The notes: generated by a model from the letters alone, not told the origin. A DNA stretch of 32,000 nucleotides from Pirellula staleyi DSM 6068 (GCA_000025185.1 CP001848.1:4620001-4652000); one strand, 5' to 3'; shown: positions 16,581-25,045, numbered from the stretch's first letter. Program-made: numbers and translations.

Positions 16581-17569
16581 GGTGCCTTGCTCCCGACGCT
16601 CGCTTCGGCCCAAGCTGCAGCACCCCGCACAACAGCGTCGTCCCCCAGCCGAGCCACCACCACTTTCATCCCTTTCACATACGGGGCTACCGCGCGACGC
16701 CGTGCCGCATCATCGACCGTTTTGGAAAACAGATCGGGCATCGCTTCTACCAAACCTCCACCGAGCACCACCACATCGGGGGCGAGCAAGTTTGCAAGGT
16801 CTCCCACCGCTTGTCCGATGAGACCAGCCGCTCGTTGCACAATACGCTCGATCACCACATCTCCCGCCTTAATCGCATCGGCGAGCACACCACTGCGAAT
16901 GTCGCTGAGATCGGTGCCTGCTGCGGCCAGTAGATTCGGCGCTTCACCACGAAAGGCAGCCATCGCTGCAGCGGAGGAAATCGCCAGGCGACTCGCCTCG
17001 GTTTCGAGACATCCGTTGCGACCACAGCCACAAGGAAGTCCGGCTGGATTCACCAGCATGTGACCAATTTCAAAACAAGAGAGACTTTTGCCGCGTAAGA
17101 TCTGTCCCTGGTAAACGCATCCCCCTCCGATGCCGGTACCAGGAAACACACCGATCACGCAACGTGCATTCTTGGCGGCTCCGAAGCGATACTCGCCAAA
17201 AACTCCCGCATCGACATCGTTCAGAATGACCACAGGGCAAGCGAACACTTCTTCCAGTTGTTCCTTAATGTGCACATTCTTCCAGCCAAGATTGGCCGAG
17301 TCGACGATCACTCCTCGTTCGATATCGACAAGTCCGGGACAGCCGATGCCAATGCCGGTGGGTCGAGCCCCTTCGAGACCAGCTTCCTGCATGGCGTCGC
17401 GAATCGTTTGGATGATGCGCTCCATCCCTGCGCGCGACCCTTCGTTCCCTTTGGTCTTGCGGCGTTTACGCCCCACGAGCTTAAACTCGCTATCGAGCGC
17501 TGCTGCCATCATCTTGGTGCCGCCGAGATCAAAACCGATCCAGCACCGCGAGGAAATAGTGGAATCCAT
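16577..17569 (-). CDS. ROK-family sugar kinase (glucokinase-like)
   Basis: N-terminal DxGxT motif (IGFDLGGTKM) and the ROK zinc motif CxCGxxGCxE (PCGCGRNGCLETEAS). 330 aa. Confidence 0.85.
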   Translation of the reverse strand: MDSTISSRCWIGFDLGGTKMMAAALDSEFKLVGRKRRKTKGNEGSRAGMERIIQTIRDAMQEAGLEGARPTGIGIGCPGLVDIERGVIVDSANLGWKNVHIKEQLEEVFACPVVILNDVDAGVFGEYRFGAAKNARCVIGVFPGTGIGGGCVYQGQILRGKSLSCFEIGHMLVNPAGLPCGCGRNGCLETEASRLAISSAAAMAAFRGEAPNLLAAAGTDLSDIRSGVLADAIKAGDVVIERIVQRAAGLIGQAVGDLANLLAPDVVVLGGGLVEAMPDLFSKTVDDAARRRAVAPYVKGMKVVVARLGDDAVVRGAAAWAEASVGSKAP

Positions 17570-17630
17570 GCCGTTGGTTTTTGCCTACTAGGAAGTGGTC
17601 GCAAGGTGAAGTTGGCTACAGTGCAAGAAT

Positions 17631-17647
17631 AATCACCTCGAGTGATT
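17631..17647. repeat. Inverted repeat AATCAC-N5-GTGATT upstream of the ROK/ppx/ppk operon
   Basis: AATCAC (17631-17636), loop CTCGA, GTGATT (17642-17647). It lies 62 nt upstream of the ROK start codon and 64 nt downstream of the TPR-gene stop. Confidence 0.5.
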
Positions 17648-17710
17648 GTGAGCAACGCCCAAACAGCCCGCTCCCACAAATCGGCCCGACTTCCGCCGTC
17701 GACAAAATCG

Positions 17711-20200
17711 TTACGGTGGTGCCTCCGCGATGCTCGCCTCCAGTAGGTCGAGTTGCTGAAGAACTGTCACATCCTGCTGCAACTGGGCCTGCTTTCGTGC
17801 TGCGGCGAGCGTTTTGCGCGCCTGCAGCTGTTTTTCCGCAACCAATTCAGCTCGAGCTAGAACCATCCAAGCGGGGAGATACGTTCCCTCCGACGCTCGG
17901 ATGACGCTGCTGGCAATATTTTGGGCCGAATCGAGATTTCGGACCTTTTCGTCGCGCGAGCTGGCTAAAAGTTCAGCATAACCGATCTCCACCTCGGCCC
18001 AGGTTGGCCGAATCGCGAGCGCCCGGCGAAAGTGAGTGGATGCCAACTGATCGCGGCCAGCTCGCCGCAACATTTGGGCAAGGTTCGCCTGCACTTCGGC
18101 ATTGCCAGGCTCGATCTGCTCGGCCTCATGCAGCAGCTCGATCCCGCGCGGCACATCTCCCTGCATCGCGCACGCGATGGCCAAGTTCATGCGTGGTCCG
18201 ACATCCCCCGGGTCTTGCTCGACAAGGTATTCGTACTGGGCAACGGCCTCGTCGAGTCGTCCCAATCGCTGCAACAGCAGAGCGTAGCTGTCGCGAGCCA
18301 CTCGGTGCTGTGGGTTCACCTTCAGCAATCGGCGAAAGGTCGCTTCCGACTCCTCGGTCCGATCAAGCAAGTCGTAAGCCACCGCTAAGTCTTGTAGCGC
18401 GCCTTCGTGCAGTGGATGGATCTTCACAGCCCGCTCGAGAAACTCAGCCCCGTCGCTCACTTTTCCCTCAGCAGCGAGAAGATGTCCCAGGGTATGGTTT
18501 GCATCCACAAACGTGGGGAGGATTTCAAGCGATTTTCGGAAGGCTGTTTCAGCCTCTCTTTTTTTGCCGAGCTTATCGTAGGCACAGCCGAGTATGTAAA
18601 ACGCATCTTCCGAGTTTGGAAGCTGGTCGATCGCCAGCTTCGCTTGCACTTCTGCCTCTGCTGGTTCGTTGTTGAGATGCAAAGCGATCGCCAGATTGAG
18701 ATGACGTTCGGGCATGTCGGGATTCTTGGCCAGCAAACTGCGAGCGCGATCGACCGATTCCAAAGCTCGCCCGGAGGAAGCGAGCCACACCATGAGTGCG
18801 CGCTCCGCGCGGAGGTTCTGAGGTGCCTTGGCTGTCGCGTCGGTCCACATCGCTTCGTAGGAGTGATACTTTTGATTCCGCGCGTAGGTGAGTCCACCAA
18901 GAAGTATCACCAGGACGAGTCCAACAGATCCGATAGCAAGCAGCGTTTGGCGACTCACAGGTCGATCGCGATCGAACCATTGCAAGCAGGGATGAACCAG
19001 TCCGAGCACGAACAAGGTCACCAGCATGGTCGACGGTAAGTAGGCGCGATGCTCGTTCACAAGATCGGCCACGGGCACAAAGCTCGACGTGATCCCCAGG
19101 ATCAAAAAAAACAGCAACATCACGAGCCCCACGCGCGGCATTCGCCAAAGCGTAATGATCGTGCCGATCAGCATCGCGATAACCGCCAACAGCGGAGGGA
19201 GAATCTCGGGAAGGGTGCGGAGGGGCTTCCAGCCGTAGTCGATGCATTGCCCCAGGGGCAAAAATGTCAGGCGGACATAGAGCAGGATGGCTGCCGGTTG
19301 CGTCAAAAAATATTCGCTCGGTGAGGGAGCGTTGGACGCGTGGAACTCGGAGTACTTCGAACGCTGTAGCCAGATCACGAGCCCCATGATCCCCCAGGTG
19401 CTACAGAGGAGAACGTAATACCAGCCGCGAGTGGAAAAGATTCGGCCAAGACGTCGCTCGACGAAGATCCAGTCGTAAAGCAGCACAGCCACAGGGGCGC
19501 TGATCATCACTTCCTTGCAGGCCATTCCAGTCGCGCAGATCACCACGCTGAGGCCCCACCAGAAACACCTGCTTCGTCCCTCGACTTCGAGTCCTCGAAG
19601 AAACGTCGCGAATACGCCGAGATAGCAAAGTGCCATCAGCGATTCCATGCGCTGGTAGATATAGGTGACCGCCTGGGTTGTCAGTGGATGAACCACCCAC
19701 AGCGTGGCCACTAGCGCTGCGACAAGGATGGCTACGTTGTCCTGCGTGAAATAGCGATTTTTTGAGATCAAGCAACTGGTGTGAACCATGCTGAAGAGCA
19801 GTAGTCCGCAGCCTAGATGAATGGCAAGATTGACGATGTGATAGCCAGCAACGGAGGTGCCATGCAGCGCGTGATTGAGCGCAAAGGTGAAGTAAGGAAT
19901 CGGGCGGGCAGGGAGGGTTCCATCGACGTTGAGCATCGATGTCGTGAGAGGCCAGATCGTTTGAATCGAAGGATTCGTGCCGATTTCAGTGGCGTCGTCA
20001 AAGACAAAGATCCCCCAAAAACTGTTGCTATACGCCAGTAGCCCAGCAGCGAGGATCAAGAGTGCCGCGAATCGATACGCGCGGCGATCCATGGCATCGT
20101 ATTTGAGAAAGCGCAAATCAGCTGCGGCTACGATCGGTGGCGCAGGAGTGGTGATCGGCCTTTCAGGCTCGCCGCGTAGCATCTTCCGTTTCGTGACCAT
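17711..20200 (-). CDS. TMTC-like polytopic membrane protein: N-terminal GT-C-type domain with a DD motif plus C-terminal TPR array
   Basis: The N-terminal roughly 450 aa contain many hydrophobic helices. After the first helix comes the loop motif GIFVFDDATEIGTNPSIQ (DD encoded at 19994-19999), then RPIPYFTFALNHALHG...GYHIVNLAIHL. This pattern is typical of the TMTC/PMT-like GT-C glycosyltransferase superfamily. The C-terminal roughly 350 aa are a run of TPR-like 34-residue units (…AFYILGCAYDKLGKKREAETAFRKSLEILP…). Confidence 0.7.
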   Translation of the reverse strand: MVTKRKMLRGEPERPITTPAPPIVAAADLRFLKYDAMDRRAYRFAALLILAAGLLAYSNSFWGIFVFDDATEIGTNPSIQTIWPLTTSMLNVDGTLPARPIPYFTFALNHALHGTSVAGYHIVNLAIHLGCGLLLFSMVHTSCLISKNRYFTQDNVAILVAALVATLWVVHPLTTQAVTYIYQRMESLMALCYLGVFATFLRGLEVEGRSRCFWWGLSVVICATGMACKEVMISAPVAVLLYDWIFVERRLGRIFSTRGWYYVLLCSTWGIMGLVIWLQRSKYSEFHASNAPSPSEYFLTQPAAILLYVRLTFLPLGQCIDYGWKPLRTLPEILPPLLAVIAMLIGTIITLWRMPRVGLVMLLFFLILGITSSFVPVADLVNEHRAYLPSTMLVTLFVLGLVHPCLQWFDRDRPVSRQTLLAIGSVGLVLVILLGGLTYARNQKYHSYEAMWTDATAKAPQNLRAERALMVWLASSGRALESVDRARSLLAKNPDMPERHLNLAIALHLNNEPAEAEVQAKLAIDQLPNSEDAFYILGCAYDKLGKKREAETAFRKSLEILPTFVDANHTLGHLLAAEGKVSDGAEFLERAVKIHPLHEGALQDLAVAYDLLDRTEESEATFRRLLKVNPQHRVARDSYALLLQRLGRLDEAVAQYEYLVEQDPGDVGPRMNLAIACAMQGDVPRGIELLHEAEQIEPGNAEVQANLAQMLRRAGRDQLASTHFRRALAIRPTWAEVEIGYAELLASSRDEKVRNLDSAQNIASSVIRASEGTYLPAWMVLARAELVAEKQLQARKTLAAARKQAQLQQDVTVLQQLDLLEASIAEAPP

Positions 20201-20211
20201 GCGGGCAACGC

Positions 20212-21933
20212 CTAGGCTCGAATCACTTCCTGATCAGCGGCGGTTGAACGTGAAGGTTCCTCTGCCATCTCGGGTGCTGATCTCTTACCCGCATTAGGCT
20301 TGGCAACTTCGCCGGGACTGCGGTCCGAGAGACTTTCACCGCCCGAGGCAGGTTGATCTCCCTTCTTTTCGTGATACTCCATTTCCGTATTCACATCCCA
20401 GATGTTCGATTTATCGGTCCGACCAGCGATGATGTTGTCGACTGCCACCATCGCGGTGAGCATCGAGTGATCCTGGTTGTTGTAGCGGTGCATCCCGTTG
20501 CGACCAACGAGGAATAGATTGTCGAACTTGCTGATCCACTGCTTCAGTTCATCGAATCGATCGTACGATCCAAAGTAGGCTGGATAGGTCTTGGGGACCC
20601 GAATCACGGTGCTATCGAGCACTTTGCTGCGTTCGATGATATTGATGCGCTCGAGTTCCTCGATCCCTTGAGCCACCATCTTTTCGTCGGACTGTTTCCA
20701 GAGGTCATCTGACTCGTAGCAAAAGTACTCAAGGCCGATCCAAGCATGTTTTGGATTGGCAACCATGTAGGGACTCCAGTTGTTGAAAATCTGAAGTCGA
20801 CCAACTTTTACATCGGGCTCTTGGATGTAGATCCAGTTGTCGCTGAGAAGTTTTTTTCCTTCACGCGTTTGCTCATGAATCTTAAGATCGTCGAGCAAAA
20901 GCCCGACCGTGATGAAGTCGCGATAGATCAGACCCTCACTCACTTCACGCACGTTGCTCGGCGCATCCGCATCGAGCGCTCGCACCAGCTCTTGCATCGG
21001 CATGGTCGAGAAGAAGTAGTCTCCCTCGATTCGCTCGACAGCGCCGGTTTGTGGATCGGTTACCTCGAGTGCAACAATAGTATCGCCTTCAGTAAAAACA
21101 CGTGAAACCAGCGAATTCTTGCGAATTTCGCCCCCCATCTGCTGCACTTTGGCGGCACATGTTTCCCACATCTGGCCGGGGCCCAACTTGGGATAGAGGA
21201 ACTGCTCGACAAGCGAGGTCTCGACATTTTTCTGGCGCACATCTCCCGATTTTCGAAACGGTTTTTGGATGGCGTTCAGAATGGCCTTAGTGATCGACAG
21301 TCCCTTGATGCGTTGTGCGCCCCAGGCGGCTGAAATCTCATGACACGGAACTCCCCAGACTTTCTCGGTGTAGGACTTGAAGAATGTCAGGTAGAGTTCG
21401 CGTCCGAAGCGGTTGATCAAAAAGTCTTCGAGACTCTGCTCGGGCTTGATCGGCTGAAGCCGAGATCGTAGGTACGAAAAACCGATCTTCAGCATGCGCC
21501 AGAGTCCGAGGTTGGCAATGGTTGTCTGGCTCAGGCTGATCGGGTAGTCGAAGAACTTACGCAGATAATAGATGCGACTTTTGCGTGGCCGAACAAGCAT
21601 CACCTCGTCGGTGGTCTCGGGATTCGGCCCCGTTGACGAGCCATCGATCTCTCGCTGCTGACCTTGATAGGCGAGCGAGAGTTGGCCGCTATGCCCACCC
21701 TCCATCGGTAGCATGTTGGCCCACCACTGCATCACCCGATCATCTTTCGAGAAGAAGCGGTGGCCACCAATATCGATCCGGTTTCCTTTGTAATTTACCG
21801 TTCGCGAAATGCCTCCCAGCATGTCGCTCGCTTCGAGCACAATCGGCTGAATATCGGTGCGCGTAAGTAGTTCGTAGGCTGCGGTGAGTCCTGCAGGACC
21901 TCCGCCAATAATGATCGCACGCTTGCGGTTCAT
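20212..21933 (-). CDS. NAD(P)/FAD-dependent oxidoreductase (amine-oxidase / UDP-galactopyranose-mutase-like superfamily)
   Basis: The ATG at 21933 gives [22 protein letters not shown] (Rossmann GxGxxG), then [13 protein letters not shown] and DIGGHRFF. The C-terminal motif is [18 protein letters not shown]. The start overlaps the gtrA-like stop as ATGA (21930-21933). The tool's 22098 start would run through the upstream gene. Confidence 0.8.
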   Translation of the reverse strand: MNRKRAIIIGGGPAGLTAAYELLTRTDIQPIVLEASDMLGGISRTVNYKGNRIDIGGHRFFSKDDRVMQWWANMLPMEGGHSGQLSLAYQGQQREIDGSSTGPNPETTDEVMLVRPRKSRIYYLRKFFDYPISLSQTTIANLGLWRMLKIGFSYLRSRLQPIKPEQSLEDFLINRFGRELYLTFFKSYTEKVWGVPCHEISAAWGAQRIKGLSITKAILNAIQKPFRKSGDVRQKNVETSLVEQFLYPKLGPGQMWETCAAKVQQMGGEIRKNSLVSRVFTEGDTIVALEVTDPQTGAVERIEGDYFFSTMPMQELVRALDADAPSNVREVSEGLIYRDFITVGLLLDDLKIHEQTREGKKLLSDNWIYIQEPDVKVGRLQIFNNWSPYMVANPKHAWIGLEYFCYESDDLWKQSDEKMVAQGIEELERINIIERSKVLDSTVIRVPKTYPAYFGSYDRFDELKQWISKFDNLFLVGRNGMHRYNNQDHSMLTAMVAVDNIIAGRTDKSNIWDVNTEMEYHEKKGDQPASGGESLSDRSPGEVAKPNAGKRSAPEMAEEPSRSTAADQEVIRA

Positions 21934-22454
21934 GAGTTGCTCGCGGAAGTAGCAGGCTGCGATGCGTGGCCGAGTGGCTCGACCGAGGTTGTGCGGAACA
22001 GCAGAAGTTTGCGAACCCCAAAGTTCCAGACAAACACCACTCCCACTGCTAGGAGTTTGACGAGCCGGTAGTCGATGCCGAGCAGATCGGAGCCGCAAAA
22101 CAGCAGTAGTTCCGTGAGGGCCAGCCCGACGATTCCGATGGTCGCAAACAGGACGAATTCGAGGAGTGGACTTTGCACGTTTCGTGCGGGAAAGACCCAG
22201 GCGACACTTAGGAAATAGTTCGTCAAGAGTCCCAGCACAAAAGCGAGTGCCGCTGCCACAAAGGTGCTGGTCCCTACGAGTTCTCGTAGCACTAGCAGGG
22301 ACCCGAGGTCCACCAGCAGCGCAACGACAGCAACGATCAAATAGCGCTGCAATTCGCCCGACAGCCTCGCGAGATTCGGCGGCACAACTGACGCTGCAGA
22401 ACGCAGCTCTGGCTGGCTAGGTTTTGGCTCGTGGAGTTCAGCGGTAAGGCTCAT
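21930..22454 (-). CDS. GtrA-family membrane protein
   Basis: 174 aa with four hydrophobic helices, a GtrA-like N-terminal pattern ([20 protein letters not shown]) and a C-terminal [13 protein letters not shown]. Confidence 0.75.
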   Translation of the reverse strand: MSLTAELHEPKPSQPELRSAASVVPPNLARLSGELQRYLIVAVVALLVDLGSLLVLRELVGTSTFVAAALAFVLGLLTNYFLSVAWVFPARNVQSPLLEFVLFATIGIVGLALTELLLFCGSDLLGIDYRLVKLLAVGVVFVWNFGVRKLLLFRTTSVEPLGHASQPATSASNS

Positions 22455-22545
22455 GGTGGCATCGACCGATGCTAGCTGGGCATTGGAGTTATTGCGGCTT
22501 GAGACCGCTTCTACAAACCGGCAATGCTCGATTGTGAAGACGTAT

Positions 22546-22570
22546 CCCGAATCACAGCCAGTGATTCCGG
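22546..22570. repeat. Inverted repeat CCCGAATCAC-N5-GTGATTCCGG upstream of the gtrA-like operon
   Basis: A 7-bp perfect stem, GAATCAC (22549-22555) with GTGATTC (22561-22567), is extended by 2 further pairs after one mismatch. It lies about 95 nt upstream of the gtrA-like start at 22454. Confidence 0.55.
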
Positions 22571-22688
22571 CAAATGCAGAGTAATTTCATTGCCCCAAGA
22601 TCATCCCACGACGTTAACAATGCCTGGGTCAATTGGTGAATTTCTCGAGTAGATCAACGCCGCCGATCGCGCGGAACAATAGCTTCAA

Positions 22689-22746
22689 GTCAAGAAACGA
22701 CAAAAGCCTCAAGCAAAATCACCGTGGTGATCTGGCTCGAGGCTTT
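22689..22746 (-). terminator. Rho-independent terminator of fliA
   Basis: On the - strand there is a 19-position stem, AAGCCTCGAGCCAGATCAC / GTGATTTTGCTTGAGGCTT, with 16 Watson-Crick pairs, 2 G-U pairs and 1 mismatch, and loop CACG. It is followed by TTTGTCGTTTCTTG and starts about 65 nt after the fliA stop. Confidence 0.7.
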
Positions 22747-22810
22747 GTGCTCAATCCATCCCCCAAGTTGGAATGGATCGAATCTGTTTTAAGTCAACCG
22801 ATCCAAGCGA

Positions 22811-23596
22811 CTACTGAGCGAACTCAGGGCGGCGGCGACCGAGTTGCGATTGCAGGCGCGAAACGATGCTGCTGTGCATCTGACTGACGCGGCTTTCCGA
22901 CAGGTCGAGTGTCGCGCCGATTTCTTTCATCGTCAATTCCTCGTAGTAATAGAGGATGATGATGAGGCGTTCGTTACGGTTCAGACCTTTGGTCACCAGA
23001 CGCATCAGATCATTTTTCTGAATGCGGCGAGTTGGGTCTTCACCCTTCTTATCCTCGAGAATGTCGATCTCGCGGACATCTTTGTACGAGTCGGTCTCGT
23101 ACCATTTCTTGTTCAGGCTGATGAGACCAACGGCCGAGGCTTCGCTGACCATTTTCTCAACTTCAGGAACGCTCATTTCCATCTGTGCGGCGAGTTCCAC
23201 CGTCGTGGGGTGGCGGCCCAGACGGGCTTCGAGCGTCTTGGTGGCTTCACCAAGTTTGCTGGCTTTGCTACGCACAAGACGTGGCACCCAGTCCATCGTG
23301 CGAAGTTCGTCGAGCATGGCACCACGAATACGTGGCACGCAGTACGTTTCGAATTTCACACCGCGCGTCATATCGAACGCGTCGATGGCATCCATGAGAC
23401 CGAAAATGCCAGCCGAGATGAGGTCGTCGAGTTCAACCCCCTCGGGAAGACGAGCCCAAATGCGCTCGCCGTTGTACTTTACGAGTGGGAGGTAGTGCTC
23501 CACCAGAAGATTGCGTAGTTCTTTCTGATTCGGATCATGCTTGTATTTCTTCCACACATCTTCGATGTCGTACGATGGAGCTACAGTCGTGGACAT
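22811..23596 (-). CDS. fliA: Flagellar RNA polymerase sigma factor (sigma-28, FliA/WhiG family)
   Basis: Region 2 (LVEHYLPLVKYNGERIW...DDLISAGIFGLMDAIDAFD), region 3, and the region 4.2 HTH (TMKEIGATLDLSESRVSQMHSSIVSRLQ). The ATG at 23596 is preceded by GGAGGA. The tool's 23677 start lacks an RBS. Confidence 0.9.
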   Translation of the reverse strand: MSTTVAPSYDIEDVWKKYKHDPNQKELRNLLVEHYLPLVKYNGERIWARLPEGVELDDLISAGIFGLMDAIDAFDMTRGVKFETYCVPRIRGAMLDELRTMDWVPRLVRSKASKLGEATKTLEARLGRHPTTVELAAQMEMSVPEVEKMVSEASAVGLISLNKKWYETDSYKDVREIDILEDKKGEDPTRRIQKNDLMRLVTKGLNRNERLIIILYYYEELTMKEIGATLDLSESRVSQMHSSIVSRLQSQLGRRRPEFAQ

Positions 23597-23702
23597 TCCA
23601 TCCTCCGTGATTGATTCTGCTTCACACGAGCGGGGTAGGACTCGGGTGAACGATCCAGCAATGTTCGTCATGAACATCGGGGATCATTGCGTACGGTGTG
23701 TT

Positions 23703-23954
23703 CTAGCGTTTGGAGTTCTCGGTCTGCTTTTCGCTCTCGAGCGATGTGATCGCTTGATCTAGTTGCGACCGAACCGACTGACTTACGAGGTAATCTGCCA
23801 ATTGCCCAGTAAGGTAGCCGATGGTTGCGAAGATCATCATTGCGCCGCACGCGGACAAAATGATGCTTTGCAAACCACCACCAGAGGCAAGACCCCGAGC
23901 CATCAGCAGCAATGCTGCCAGTGGACCCAGTATTCCTGCATAGTGTCGTCCCAC
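23703..23954 (-). CDS. Hypothetical 83-aa two-helix membrane protein between flhG and fliA
   Basis: A GTG start at 23954 is preceded by GAGGA with 5-nt spacing. Two hydrophobic segments (ILGPLAALLLMA; IILSACGAMMIFATIGYL) are followed by a charged helical tail. I recognise no family. Confidence 0.5.
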   Translation of the reverse strand: MGRHYAGILGPLAALLLMARGLASGGGLQSIILSACGAMMIFATIGYLTGQLADYLVSQSVRSQLDQAITSLESEKQTENSKR

Positions 23955-24210
23955 TTGATCCTCGCGGTGACTGCAGTCTTTGCGTAACCGAAAAACTTTA
24001 ACACGCCATGGCGCTTGAGCGCCTGCCTGTTATCGGCTCTTGTCACCTCAGGGATGAAGCGAAACTTTTCTTTTTTTGAACTCCCGAAATTCAACTGACT
24101 AATGCACGAAACCAACGATTCTCAAACCGATCAAAATCTCTTCCAATCCTGCCTAACCTAAGCAACCTTAGCGGCGTGCCCTACTGTGGGCAAGTCGCTC
24201 TGATGTTTTG

Positions 24211-25023
24211 TTATGCGGCACGTCTCGATGCTTGCGTGGCATCGCGACGGCGATGGATCACCTCAACCAGACCATCGATCTGGTTGGCAACATTGCCGCT
24301 GGTTGACCTCAACAGCAGCGGCTCGCTCGAACGCTCGAGCCAACCCAGCATGGGGAGGCGAAGTCCGAGAAAACGACTGCAGCTCTGATCGATTCGACGA
24401 TGCACATCCGCCGCTTCTTCAGCCGATTGCGACTGATTGACGACGAGGCTCAGCCGCGTGGTAACCGCCTGGCGATTGACGAGCGACTTCACTAGTGCAT
24501 AGCTGTCCATAACCGCTACGGCATCTGGAGTGGTAACGAGCAGCAGTTCATCAGCCGCTTGCCACAAACCGGTCGACAGCTCGGAGCGTCCTGTACCGGC
24601 ATCTACGACCACCACATCCGCATAGCGTGACAGCGAGCGAATCTGGCGGAGCAACTTTTGGACGCCGCGAGTTTCAAACGCTGTTTTGGTGACGGCGCTG
24701 CAGGTGACGACCTGAACGCCGCATGGTCCGAGAGTCAGTACTTCATGAATATCTTTTTGGAGCGTGAGGACATCGGCCAAGCCGACGGACGACTCGATCC
24801 GGCAGAGGGGGGCGATATCGCCTTGTCCCCAGTGGGCATCGACGAGCACCGTACGGAGACCTTGTGAGGCAAAGGCATAGGCCAAGTTAAGGGCCACGGT
24901 GGTGCAACCCGCAGCAGCGCGACCCGCTGCCACCACCACCGTTTGCGGAGGCGTAGCGAGCTCGTCAGCCGCTTGTCGAGCGGCGCGAAGCATCAAGCTG
25001 CGAAGTTGGGTGGCCTGGTCCAT
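24211..25023 (-). CDS. flhG: FlhG/YlxH-like MinD/ParA-family protein with a degenerate Walker A motif
   Basis: Position between flhF and fliA. MinD-like core (VVVAAGRAAAGCTTVALNLAYAFASQGLRTVLVDAH...; Walker B VVVVDAGTG; LLLVTTPD). N-terminal MDQATQLR matches the FlhG DQAxxLR motif. The Walker A position reads GRAAAGCTT (24898-24924) instead of KGGxGK[ST]. Confidence 0.8.
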   Translation of the reverse strand: MDQATQLRSLMLRAARQAADELATPPQTVVVAAGRAAAGCTTVALNLAYAFASQGLRTVLVDAHWGQGDIAPLCRIESSVGLADVLTLQKDIHEVLTLGPCGVQVVTCSAVTKTAFETRGVQKLLRQIRSLSRYADVVVVDAGTGRSELSTGLWQAADELLLVTTPDAVAVMDSYALVKSLVNRQAVTTRLSLVVNQSQSAEEAADVHRRIDQSCSRFLGLRLPMLGWLERSSEPLLLRSTSGNVANQIDGLVEVIHRRRDATQASRRAA

Positions 25024-25045
25024 GATCGTTTACTGGCGTTTCGAC

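Noticed and set aside
16577-17569. Calling the ROK protein a bona fide polyphosphate glucokinase.
   Set aside because: The sequence retains the classical ROK zinc motif and looks like an ATP-glucokinase. Only the gene context suggests polyP use, so this stays a hypothesis and not an annotation.
17631-17647. The AATCAC/GTGATT hairpin as the terminator of the TPR-gene operon.
   Set aside because: The stem is only 6 bp and AT-rich, and the downstream tract (ATTCTTG) is a poor U-run. Its similarity to other intergenic palindromes makes an operator or other role at least as likely.
22633-22887. An 84-aa + strand ORF spanning the fliA 3' end and terminator.
   Set aside because: It overlaps the fliA CDS and its terminator hairpin and has no supporting motifs.
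24030-24069. A complete sigma-28 promoter (AAAAGTTT ... GCCGATAA) on the minus strand upstream of the 83-aa ORF and fliA.
   Set aside because: The -10 octamer is exact, but the -35-like element is 24 nt away instead of about 11. A single 8-mer match is expected by chance roughly once in this window. I kept it only as a low-weight note in a finding.
23903-24115. A 70-aa minus-strand ORF in the flhG-fliA spacer.
   Set aside because: It overlaps the better-supported GTG-initiated 83-aa ORF, has no RBS, and lies in an AT-richer, apparently non-coding stretch.
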